Of a stretch of 55,905 bases of DNA, positions 40,726 through 49,788 are shown one piece after another. The notes beneath the pieces are model-generated. The model searched no databases, was not told the origin of the DNA, and saw only the letters and a program-made list of their open reading frames with translations. The stretch is taken from the sequence record SRR2962707_3760, one strand, 5' to 3'. How positions within the stretch are numbered: the first letter of the stretch is position 1; every line of letters begins with the position of its first letter. A program made the position numbers and the translations under genes.

Positions 40726-42399
40726 TTATTTCCCTTTTGCTTCAATTTTTGCCCAAGAATCGCGCAGCGTAACAGTACGGTTGAACACAATGCCGTCTTC
40801 TTTTAGGTCACGACAGAAGTAACCTTCGCGTTCAAATTGGAAGCCTTGGCCTTTTTCAGACGCCAACAACGACGGCTCCACTTTGGCGTTCGTTAACACC
40901 GTCAAAGAATCTTCATTAATGAAATCTAAGAAGGTTTTATCTTCGTAGTTCGCATCAGGCGCATCGTTATTAAACAATCGATCGTACAAGTTAACCCTTG
41001 CATCAACCGCGTGTTTCGCGCTCACCCAATGGATCACCCCTTTTGGCTTATAGCCTTCAGGGTTTACGCCCAAGGTGTTTTCGTCGTAGCGACAAAGAAG
41101 CTCAACCACCTCACCCGCGTCATTTTTAATGGCTTGGTCACAGGTAATCACATAACCGCCACGCAGACGAACGGCACCATCAAGCGTCAAACGCTTCCAT
41201 TTACGTGGTGGCTCTTCGGCAAAGTCAGCCGCGTCAATGTAAAGTGTCTTACTAAAAGGTACTTCACGCTGTCCCGCGTCTTCATTTTTCGGGTGATTGT
41301 TCACCGTGAAGATTTCTTCTTTGTCTTCTGGGTAGTTGGTTAGCGTCACCTTGATCGGGTTTAACACCGCCATGGCGCGGTTTGCATTCGCATCCAAGTC
41401 TTCACGGATAGCGTGCTCTAACATGCCCACATCGACAATACCGTCAGAGCGAGTCACACCAATTCGCTCACAGAAATTACGAATGGACTGTGCTGTGTAA
41501 CCGCGACGACGCAAACCTGAAATGGTTGGCATACGAGGATCGTCCCAGCCAAATACATGCTTTTCGTCGACCAACTGTTTCAGCTTACGCTTACTGGTCA
41601 CCGTGTAGTTTAGGTTTAAACGCGCAAACTCAATTTGTTGCGGATGCGCAGTGCCTAATGTGTCCAATACCCAGTCGTACAATGGACGGTGGTCTTGAAA
41701 CTCTAAGGTACAAATAGAGTGCGTAATGTTTTCCAATGCATCAGACAAACAATGGGTAAAGTCGTACATAGGGTAGACACACCACTGATCACCCGTTTGA
41801 TGGTGATGAACATGACGCACGCGGTAGATAATAGGATCGCGCAGGTTCATATTTGGGCTGGCCATATCGATCTTAGCGCGCAACACCACTTCGCCATCTT
41901 TGTACTTGCCGTTTTTCATATCAGCAAACAAAGCAAGGTTCTCTTCTACAGAGCGATCGCGATAAGGGCTGTTTTTGCCTGGCTCTTTTAATGTGCCACG
42001 GTACTCACGCATTTGTTCGCCATTTAGCTCACAAACATACGCTTTGCCCATTTCAATAAGCTGAACGGCAAAGTCATAAAGCGCCTGAAAATAATCAGAC
42101 GCAAACTTTGGCTCATCTTTCCACTCAAACCCTAGCCATTCCACATCGCGTTTAATGGACTCAATGTACTCAACACTTTCCTTCTCAGGATTGGTGTCGT
42201 CAAAACGAAGATTACACTGACCATTGTAGCGCTGCGCTATACCGAAATTTAGGCAAATAGATTTTGCATGGCCAATATGTAGATAGCCATTCGGTTCAGG
42301 TGGAAAGCGCGTCATAACAACGCCATTGTGTTTACCTGATTCGTTATCTTTATCAATGATTTGGGTAATGAAATTACCTGGTTTTGACGTTTCTGACAT
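40726..42399 (-). CDS. glnS: Glutamine--tRNA ligase
   Basis: [21 protein letters not shown] and FQFEREGYF. Confidence 0.98.
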   Translation of the reverse strand: MSETSKPGNFITQIIDKDNESGKHNGVVMTRFPPEPNGYLHIGHAKSICLNFGIAQRYNGQCNLRFDDTNPEKESVEYIESIKRDVEWLGFEWKDEPKFASDYFQALYDFAVQLIEMGKAYVCELNGEQMREYRGTLKEPGKNSPYRDRSVEENLALFADMKNGKYKDGEVVLRAKIDMASPNMNLRDPIIYRVRHVHHHQTGDQWCVYPMYDFTHCLSDALENITHSICTLEFQDHRPLYDWVLDTLGTAHPQQIEFARLNLNYTVTSKRKLKQLVDEKHVFGWDDPRMPTISGLRRRGYTAQSIRNFCERIGVTRSDGIVDVGMLEHAIREDLDANANRAMAVLNPIKVTLTNYPEDKEEIFTVNNHPKNEDAGQREVPFSKTLYIDAADFAEEPPRKWKRLTLDGAVRLRGGYVITCDQAIKNDAGEVVELLCRYDENTLGVNPEGYKPKGVIHWVSAKHAVDARVNLYDRLFNNDAPDANYEDKTFLDFINEDSLTVLTNAKVEPSLLASEKGQGFQFEREGYFCRDLKEDGIVFNRTVTLRDSWAKIEAKGK

Positions 42400-42505
42400 G
42401 GTTGATGTAAGTCCCGATAAATTTTCTTATAACAGTATTGTTACTTTGACGAGCAAGTATATCCGATTTCGCTTTCATAGTGATATTAGAGAGCATAAAA
42501 ATCCT

Positions 42506-42832
42506 CTATGAAAAAGCATATTTCGCTGCAAAAAACACCACAACACCAACCACAATCGTAAGCAGTTGCTGCTGTCTCCATAAACCGACGAAAAATGCGG
42601 CCAAAGCGCCTAATAACCAAGGGTTTTCAAATGAGACATTCATTCTATGCTCAGAAACAAAGATCATAGGCGTAATAATGGACGTCAACACCGCCACTGG
42701 CACAAACTTTAAAGCACGATCAAGGAACGCCGGCATGGACACCTTGTGAGCGCGCGCAAAAAGCATAAAGCGCACACCAAATGTCACCACAAACATCCCC
42801 GCAATGACCAACACCGAATCCATCAATGTCAT
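42506..42832 (-). CDS. azlD: AzlD-family exporter small subunit
   Basis: VTFGVR and ALKFVPVAVL; overlaps the azlC stop. Confidence 0.85.
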   Translation of the reverse strand: MTLMDSVLVIAGMFVVTFGVRFMLFARAHKVSMPAFLDRALKFVPVAVLTSIITPMIFVSEHRMNVSFENPWLLGALAAFFVGLWRQQQLLTIVVGVVVFFAAKYAFS

Positions 42833-43563
42833 GACTCACCCCCAGAGGTTCCAGGCAAAGACGGCTTGTTTTTGTTGAGGGCAGCGTCGCTAAAATAGCC
42901 GACCGACACAGCGATCACCGCTGACACAAGCAACCCCAAATTGTTAGGCAAATCCACCAGCAACACAGAAGCGATCCCCGCACTCACCATAGCAAACCAA
43001 AAAGGCGCGGCTTTTAAATAAGGCGTAATAATACTAATAAAGGTCGCCACCATAGCGAACTCAAGCCCCCATTCGCTCATCCCAGGGATCAACTCTCCCG
43101 AGACAACACCCAAAATCGTGGTGACATTCCACATCACATAAAACGATAAAAACGACCCTAAATACGCCTTATGGCCTGTTTTTTCATCAACGATCCCCAT
43201 GCCGTAAAGTGGGCGCACCGCCGCGTAGGTCTCATCGATCAAGCCAAACCCCATAATAATGCGCAGCCTCATCGGCAAATGCTTCACATATTTCACCATG
43301 TCAGCGGCGTACAGAAGGTGTCTTAAATTGACAATAAAGGTAGTTGACACAATGACCCACAAAGGCGCATGAATAGAGATCAAACCAATGGCTACAAACT
43401 GAGCAGACCCAGCAAACACTATAGAGGACATGGCAATCGCAAACCAAGGACTCAAACCATAGCTAGAGGCCAATGAGCCAAACAACAATCCAAACGGAAT
43501 ACCACCGATAATCATGGGGACCGATGCAACGGCACCGCGTCGCATTTCCTTTAATGTGCTCAT
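42829..43563 (-). CDS. azlC: AzlC-family branched-chain amino acid exporter
   Basis: FAGSAQF, VNLRHLLY and LIDETYA. Confidence 0.9.
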   Translation of the reverse strand: MSTLKEMRRGAVASVPMIIGGIPFGLLFGSLASSYGLSPWFAIAMSSIVFAGSAQFVAIGLISIHAPLWVIVSTTFIVNLRHLLYAADMVKYVKHLPMRLRIIMGFGLIDETYAAVRPLYGMGIVDEKTGHKAYLGSFLSFYVMWNVTTILGVVSGELIPGMSEWGLEFAMVATFISIITPYLKAAPFWFAMVSAGIASVLLVDLPNNLGLLVSAVIAVSVGYFSDAALNKNKPSLPGTSGGES

Positions 43564-43754
43564 GCCTTTCCTTTTTTGCTCGTTATACCCGTTAGCTTTG
43601 CTGCACTGCAGGCGATGAATGCAGCAACCGCCTGCGCATAAAAGTAAAACTGGTGATACTCTTATGCGCTTTCATTCTTAGATGTGGCGCTCAAACTATC
43701 GGCTTTCCTCTTCAAAATCAATCTCTATCATCCTAGTTAAGCCACTTCCCCATC

Positions 43755-43763
43755 TGCTATAAT
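43755..43763 (+). promoter_or_regulatory. Extended -10 promoter of queC
   Basis: TGCTATAAT followed by GC-rich CCGCCGC. Confidence 0.6.
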
Positions 43764-43807
43764 CCGCCGCATTATTCAGCCCAGCGACCTACATTAAGGA
43801 ACACAAG

Positions 43808-44467
43808 ATGCCAGAAAAAGCCGTTGTGGTGTATTCAGGGGGAATGGATTCATTCACCGTTCTGAACACCGCCATCAAACAAGGATTGGACGTGTACGCC
43901 TTGTCCTTTAATTACGGACAAAAACACAGTAAGGAACTTATTGTTGCTGCTGAGGTATGCAAGCAATTAAACATTCCTCATAAAGTCGTCGACATCACCG
44001 CGATCAATAGCCTGATGGCAGGTTCCTCACTGACCGGTGACAGCGAGATTCCCGAAGGCGATTACGAAAGCGAGAGCATGAAATCCACCGTGGTACCGAA
44101 TCGCAACATGGTTCTATTGTCTATGGCGATTGCGTATGCCGTGTCATTAGAAGCGGGAAAAGTTTACTATGGCGCCCACTCAGGCGATCACCACATTTAC
44201 CCTGACTGTCGACCAGAATTTGTCGACGCCATGAACGCGGTATCTAAGATTGCGAACTACCAATCTGTTGAAATCGTTACGCCATTTTTGAACAACTCAA
44301 AAGGCGAGATTTTAAAAGCGGGGTTGGCGATGAATCTCGATTACGGCAAAACGTGGACTTGTTACAACGGCCGTGAAAAATCATGCGGCAAATGCGGCGC
44401 GTGCAACGAAAGATTGGAAGCCTTTGCTGAGCAAGGTCAAACCGACCCACTCGCTTACGAAGCATAG
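43808..44467 (+). CDS. queC: 7-cyano-7-deazaguanine synthase
   Basis: SGGMDS, YGQKH, VVPNRN, YPDCR and TCY...CGKCGAC. Confidence 0.96.
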   Translation: MPEKAVVVYSGGMDSFTVLNTAIKQGLDVYALSFNYGQKHSKELIVAAEVCKQLNIPHKVVDITAINSLMAGSSLTGDSEIPEGDYESESMKSTVVPNRNMVLLSMAIAYAVSLEAGKVYYGAHSGDHHIYPDCRPEFVDAMNAVSKIANYQSVEIVTPFLNNSKGEILKAGLAMNLDYGKTWTCYNGREKSCGKCGACNERLEAFAEQGQTDPLAYEA

Positions 44468-44593
44468 ATTTACCAAGCACAAACATTCATTCAATTTAGT
44501 CTTTATTGGCTTCTGTTCCACAGATCCCCAATGGACAACTAAAGCGATCACCCTTACCTCGAACTGTTTTTCGAGATGTAATAGGCGCAACAC

Positions 44594-45244
44594 ATGTATT
44601 CAATAAAAGAAGCTTTCTACTCTTTACAGGGAGAAGGCGCCCACGCAGGCCGTCCAGCTTTATTCTGCCGCTTCACTGGCTGCAACTTATGGTCAGGCCA
44701 AGAAAAAACACGAGCAACGTCTGATTGCCAATTTTGCGACACCGACTTTATCGGCACCGATGGCCAACATGGTGGCAAGTTCACCACGGCACACGAATTA
44801 TGCGAACACATAGACGCATTGTGGCCAGCGGGACAACATCATAAATACGTGGTATTTACCGGCGGCGAGCCAGCCTTGCAGCTAGACGACGCGCTAATAG
44901 AAAAAATGAAAGCCCACGGTTACACCATCGCCATAGAAACCAATGGCACTCTGCCACTGCCTCATGGTATCGACTGGATTTGTGTCAGCCCTAAAACCAC
45001 AAAGCCTCTCAAGGTCACTCAAGGCAATGAGCTTAAGTTGGTGTTCCCCCAAGACCACCTTGCCCCTTCTTTATTTGAGGCATTGGCGTTTGATCATTTT
45101 TACCTACAACCCATGGATCAAAGCCATCTCAGCGAGTCACAAATCCCCTTGGTTAACACCCAAGAAGCCACACTAAATTTTTGTTTATCACATCCACAGT
45201 GGCGTCTTAGCTTACAAACACATAAAATGCTCAACATCGACTAG
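44594..45244 (+). CDS. queE: 7-carboxy-7-deazaguanine synthase (radical SAM)
   Basis: SLQGEG, CX14CX2C, TGGEP, ETNG and SLQTHK. Confidence 0.95.
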   Translation: MYSIKEAFYSLQGEGAHAGRPALFCRFTGCNLWSGQEKTRATSDCQFCDTDFIGTDGQHGGKFTTAHELCEHIDALWPAGQHHKYVVFTGGEPALQLDDALIEKMKAHGYTIAIETNGTLPLPHGIDWICVSPKTTKPLKVTQGNELKLVFPQDHLAPSLFEALAFDHFYLQPMDQSHLSESQIPLVNTQEATLNFCLSHPQWRLSLQTHKMLNID

Positions 45245-45293
45245 GCGTACTTACGCCATCTTTTAGCCATTCATAACTTTTAAGGAATATAAA

Positions 45294-45797
45294 ATGATCA
45301 TCCTACACACTAACTACGGTGATGTTCACGTCGAGCTTAACTACGAAAAAGCCCCTAAAACAGCGAAAAACTTTGAAGAATACGTTACTTCAGGTTTTTA
45401 TGACGGCGTTATTTTTCACCGTGTGATCAATGGTTTCATGGTTCAAGGCGGTGGTTTTGAGCCAGGCATGACACAAAAAGAAACACGCACTCAAATCGAA
45501 AACGAAGCAGATAACGGCTTGAAGAACGAAGTAGGCACACTGGCCATGGCTCGTACTATGGACCCACATTCCGCGTCTGCTCAATTCTTCATTAACGTTG
45601 CCGACAACGCCTTCCTTAACCACCGCAGCAAAACACCAGACGGCTGGGGCTACGCGGTATTTGGTAAAGTAACCGCAGGCATGGACGTGGTAAACAAAAT
45701 CAAAGAAGTGAAAACCACCACAAAAGCAGGCCACCAAGACGTTCCTGCTGACGACGTGATTATCGAAAGCGCTGAATTGGTTAAAAACGAAGACTAA
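45294..45797 (+). CDS. ppiB: Cyclophilin-type peptidyl-prolyl isomerase
   Basis: [14 protein letters not shown] and [18 protein letters not shown]; no signal peptide. Confidence 0.95.
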   Translation: MIILHTNYGDVHVELNYEKAPKTAKNFEEYVTSGFYDGVIFHRVINGFMVQGGGFEPGMTQKETRTQIENEADNGLKNEVGTLAMARTMDPHSASAQFFINVADNAFLNHRSKTPDGWGYAVFGKVTAGMDVVNKIKEVKTTTKAGHQDVPADDVIIESAELVKNED

Positions 45798-46576
45798 TGA
45801 TTCGTTATTTAATCTCGGATTTGCATCTTAGTGACAAACGCCCGGACTTGATCCGGGCGTTTGTTCAAATGATGGGTGAGCTAACAAACAAGCACCCGGA
45901 CAAAGACGCTGAGCTGTATATCATTGGCGACTTTTATGAAGCCTGGATTGGGGACGATTACCAGCCTGATTGGAACCAACCTATCGAAGCCTGCCTTCGT
46001 CAGCTGTCTGATGCCGGCATCGCACTCTTTTTCATCCACGGCAATCGAGACTTTTTGATTGGTAACGAGTGGTGCCAGCGAGTGGGCGCAACCTTGCTGA
46101 CTGAGCAAACGCTCATTCACTCTCCAACTCACCCAATCCTACTCACTCATGGCGATGAATATTGTCAGGAAGACACTGAGTATCAAACGTTCCGCACCAT
46201 GGTAAGAACGCAAGAATGGCAGCAACAAATACTCTCAATGCCCCTTGAAAAAAGAATGGCATTGGCAGCACAGTTGCGCAATGACAGCAAAAGCATGTCG
46301 GCGGAAAAGTCTCAATACATCATGGATGTGACACCAAGCAGCGTACAAGAATCTCTGACTAGGAATCACACCAACGTCGTCATTCATGGTCACACTCACA
46401 GACCGGCGTTTCATATTAATGAGCATTACGCTCGCTGCGTACTGGGAGATTGGGACGATCAAATCTGGCTTGCTTACCTTGATGACACACAAGTTTGTCA
46501 ATTGAGCTGCGAGGTAGACACCTTCTTAACCAAGGGGTTGAATGGGTTACAACCTGTCCATCACCTTACGCTTTAA
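45797..46576 (+). CDS. lpxH: UDP-2,3-diacylglucosamine hydrolase
   Basis: SDLHL, GDFYEAWIGDD, GNRDF, HGD and HGHTHRP. Confidence 0.95.
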   Translation: MIRYLISDLHLSDKRPDLIRAFVQMMGELTNKHPDKDAELYIIGDFYEAWIGDDYQPDWNQPIEACLRQLSDAGIALFFIHGNRDFLIGNEWCQRVGATLLTEQTLIHSPTHPILLTHGDEYCQEDTEYQTFRTMVRTQEWQQQILSMPLEKRMALAAQLRNDSKSMSAEKSQYIMDVTPSSVQESLTRNHTNVVIHGHTHRPAFHINEHYARCVLGDWDDQIWLAYLDDTQVCQLSCEVDTFLTKGLNGLQPVHHLTL

Positions 46577-46590
46577 GACATGCCAGCCAC

Positions 46591-46626
46591 AAAAAAACCA
46601 TTACATACATATGCAATGGTTTTTTT
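46591..46626. terminator. Bidirectional intrinsic terminator
   Basis: AAAAAAACCATTACAT...ATGCAATGGTTTTTTT between convergent genes. Confidence 0.75.
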
Positions 46627-46663
46627 AATAGCGAAACCCGTAAAGCGTCATTCTAAGTGAATG

Positions 46664-46990
46664 CTACAGATGCAATAACTCTTTTACCCATCCGGTATCA
46701 GCACTGTGCCGCGAACGACTGAACTCTAAACGCCGCTCATGAAGCATAGCCACCGCGCGAAAAAAAGCATTGTTCACCATCACAGGGCTCAACTCAATGC
46801 CATAATTACGCCACCAATAAAGCTGCGCTTTACTGGTCAGTAATTGATACAAAACATCTAGCTCAGCGGATCCCTGATAAGCACTGTCTAGATCGATAAC
46901 ATGTTCATGTTTCGCTATTTGTAACGCCAGCCAGTAAGTAACGTCTGGCAACTTATCGTTCATCTGCGCGCCCATGTCGACCCCCTCCAT
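46664..46990 (-). CDS. Hypothetical protein
   Basis: About 100-aa ORF; GGAGG SD precedes the ATG of MGAQM; globular-looking composition. Confidence 0.7.
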   Translation of the reverse strand: MEGVDMGAQMNDKLPDVTYWLALQIAKHEHVIDLDSAYQGSAELDVLYQLLTSKAQLYWWRNYGIELSPVMVNNAFFRAVAMLHERRLEFSRSRHSADTGWVKELLHL

Positions 46991-47080
46991 TGTTGAGTTG
47001 ATACTAATGATATTAGCAGCTAATCAAGAAGTTACCTTACAAAAACGTAACCTGCTCGTTTTATTTCGTAAGCAAACGAA

Positions 47081-47695
47081 CTAGGCCTCTAAACGAGGTG
47101 GGCCACTGTGCATGCGAAAATCCGTATCTGGCTCAAGAATAAGCTTTTCTTCTAAGTCACGGAAAAACGCAATGCGCTCATCGATTGGCTCGCCGGCGTA
47201 TTCTGTTGCCAGCGCAAGGTAATCTTCAAAGTGTCTGGCTTCGGATTTTAGCAATGAGATGTAAAATTTAGACAACTCCTCATCCAGATGGGGAGCAAGA
47301 GCAGCAAAACGCTCACACGATCTCGCCTCAACAAACGCCCCTACAATCATGGTATCAACCAGACGCGCGGGCTCATGGGTACGAATGTGTTTACGCAAGC
47401 CATCTGCATAGCGTGATGCCGTCAGATGATCATAAGCCACGCCGCGCTTGCGCATAATTTTATGAACTTGCTCAAAGTGAAGCAGCTCTTCACGGGCCAA
47501 ACGGGACATTTTATGAAGCAAATTATCACGATCCACATAACGATACATCAAACTCATCGCCGTTGACGCGGCCTTTTTTTCACAATGGGCATGGTCATTT
47601 AACAGCAAAGTTTGATTCTCAATCGCCCAGTTCACCCATGCTTCAGGCGACTGGCAGGGAAGAAAATCAACAAGCTCTGGATACGCTGATAACAT
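47081..47695 (-). CDS. miaE: tRNA-(ms2io6A37) hydroxylase
   Basis: DHAHCEKKAA, EELLHF, EARSCERF and SEARHF. Confidence 0.94.
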   Translation of the reverse strand: MLSAYPELVDFLPCQSPEAWVNWAIENQTLLLNDHAHCEKKAASTAMSLMYRYVDRDNLLHKMSRLAREELLHFEQVHKIMRKRGVAYDHLTASRYADGLRKHIRTHEPARLVDTMIVGAFVEARSCERFAALAPHLDEELSKFYISLLKSEARHFEDYLALATEYAGEPIDERIAFFRDLEEKLILEPDTDFRMHSGPPRLEA

Positions 47696-47783
47696 TACTC
47701 TACCTTTTCATCTTAAAAAACGAGATTATACTCTCTATTAAGCACTTAGGCAGCAACGTCTTGATTTGGATATCAAATTCGTA

Positions 47784-49526
47784 ATGAATGAATTCTACGA
47801 CATTAATAAATTAAAAATAGGCCAGCACGTTGGCGTTGAGTTAGACCCTTACGTGCTGAACTACCCCGCTTCCCAGCACAAATCCGCCTGGGTGGCCGAC
47901 CATGGAGGCAGATCGTTTGTCGTACGCTTTTACGAACCTGGACGAGGAAAAGTAGAAGACTTCCTACAAAATTCACGCAAATACGCTGGCATTAAACACC
48001 AGGCCATCACGCCGAATTACCCACCCTTCTACTCTAAATTATGGGTGTTTTCTTGTTCTGCTGTGTGTGGCGGTGAAAATCTCTATAGCTTTTTAGGCAA
48101 ATACCCAGATGGCGCGCCGCTTAATGTGGTCGTCAGTTTATTTGATAACATTGCCAAAGCGCTGGATCAGATTCATCAAAAAGGCCTATTTCACGGTCAC
48201 CTTGACTTAAGCGCGATTCATGTTGTGAACGGCCTTGGCATTATGACTGGCTTGGGCGCCCACCATTGGATGGACAGGATCACAGACAAAGAGCTAGACC
48301 CTAGACTCTTTCCTCCTGAATACCAACGCAAAGCACAAAAAAGAACCCCAGCATCAGATCGCTTTAACTTTATGCGCATTCTTATGGCGGCGCTGCTTGG
48401 TGAATCCATTTTAGACAAGGACCTTCCTGGGGCGTTACCCAGCGCTCACCCTTATTTGAGCGATGCCACCTGGAAGAAGCTTCAAAAATGGAGCAGAAAA
48501 CACGATCGATATAGACCAAAGTCCTTACAAGAAGTCATGCGAACACTGCGTGCCAATCTTTATAAACCAGAACAACCCAAAGCCAAAGCAAGCCCTAAGC
48601 GACTTTCTTCGCACCCAAGGCGCACTCTTTATATCGCGCTTGGCCTGGTGGTCGCAGGCTCAGCAATTGCTGCTGTCTCATTATGGCCAGAAGACGCCCC
48701 TAAACCAGCCGTCGCTCTCGCAGTGAAAAAAACTCCTAAGCAGATTGAAAAAGAACACTTTGAAGCGCTCCCTCAAGTTCTTGAAGAACCCTTGGCTTCA
48801 GGCGGAAAAGCCCCGAAAGTAGAGAAAATTGCCCCTGCAAAATTTCAAATGGGCGACCTACACAATCTAGGCGACGACAATGAGAAACCGGTTCATGAGG
48901 TCGATATTCCCCACGGCTTCTATATCAGTAAATACGAAGTCACCTTCGATCAATACGACCGTTTTGCCAAAGCAACGGGGCGAAAACTGCCGGCCGATAA
49001 TGGCTGGGGACGACAAAAACGCCCTGTTATTAACGTCAGCTGGTACGACGCCAAAGCCTATACCGCTTGGCTATCTGAGCAAACCAACCAAGAGTATCGA
49101 CTACCGACGGAAGTAGAATGGGAATATTCCGCACGGGGCAATGGCAACAGCGCCTTTTGGTATGGCAACTCTGTTAAACCAGGTTACAGTGTTTGTGACA
49201 GTTGCGGCAGCCAATGGGATGGGGTGTCAAGCGCACCGGTTGGCAGTCAGGCCAGCAATCCATTAGGCTTGTATGACATGCACGGCAACGTAGCAGAGTG
49301 GGTTGAAGACTGTTATCACGATTCTTACAAGGGCGCGCCAAGTAAAAATCAGATATGGTTATCAGACCAATGCAGCAGTCGAGTGATACGCGGCGGGTCT
49401 TGGTTTGACATTCCAAGAGTAGGACGAAGCTCTACTCGTTATCGCGCTGAACCGAACCTAAAGGCCAGCAACTGGGGCTTTAGAGTGGTTCGCATCATTC
49501 AGCCAGCAGCAAAGTCACCACAATAG
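47784..49526 (+). CDS. Pseudokinase-TM-FGE/sulfatase-modifying-factor-like fusion protein
   Basis: Degenerate Hanks kinase subdomains, one TM helix, and C-terminal RLPTEVEWEY, GLYDMHGNVAEW, RGGSW and GFRVVR; start at 47784 or 47766. Confidence 0.85.
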   Translation: MNEFYDINKLKIGQHVGVELDPYVLNYPASQHKSAWVADHGGRSFVVRFYEPGRGKVEDFLQNSRKYAGIKHQAITPNYPPFYSKLWVFSCSAVCGGENLYSFLGKYPDGAPLNVVVSLFDNIAKALDQIHQKGLFHGHLDLSAIHVVNGLGIMTGLGAHHWMDRITDKELDPRLFPPEYQRKAQKRTPASDRFNFMRILMAALLGESILDKDLPGALPSAHPYLSDATWKKLQKWSRKHDRYRPKSLQEVMRTLRANLYKPEQPKAKASPKRLSSHPRRTLYIALGLVVAGSAIAAVSLWPEDAPKPAVALAVKKTPKQIEKEHFEALPQVLEEPLASGGKAPKVEKIAPAKFQMGDLHNLGDDNEKPVHEVDIPHGFYISKYEVTFDQYDRFAKATGRKLPADNGWGRQKRPVINVSWYDAKAYTAWLSEQTNQEYRLPTEVEWEYSARGNGNSAFWYGNSVKPGYSVCDSCGSQWDGVSSAPVGSQASNPLGLYDMHGNVAEWVEDCYHDSYKGAPSKNQIWLSDQCSSRVIRGGSWFDIPRVGRSSTRYRAEPNLKASNWGFRVVRIIQPAAKSPQ

Positions 49527-49788
49527 AGGGCAAGAAAACACACCAAACGCAAGCAAAGGCAGCAAGCGGAGAAGGCGATTCTAAATCAGAATAATTCCGC
49601 TAAATGTCCCCTATTCTAAATTGTTATGGGGTTAATTGAGTCTTTCGCCCGTTTTTTATATAAAATAATTCAATAATAAAGCAGTGATTATCGTTTGGCT
49701 TAACGTTGAACACTCATTAAGGGTGGTTAAGCCTCCGCTTCAACACATCAACACACAGGGTTGATGTCGAAAACTAAGGGGAAATATT

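Noticed and set aside
44468-44593. Possible preQ1 riboswitch or queD remnant between queC and queE
   Set aside because: No preQ1-I stem-loop with A-rich tail and no QueD-like translation recognised by eye; needs an Rfam scan
14760-45244. queC/queE/queF read as a 7-deazaguanine DNA-modification (dpd) or QueC-based defence system
   Set aside because: The genes are dispersed among housekeeping loci, look canonical, and have no dpdA, nuclease or ATPase partners
49620-49700. Possible Fur box upstream of acnB
   Set aside because: Only a partial match within AT-rich sequence
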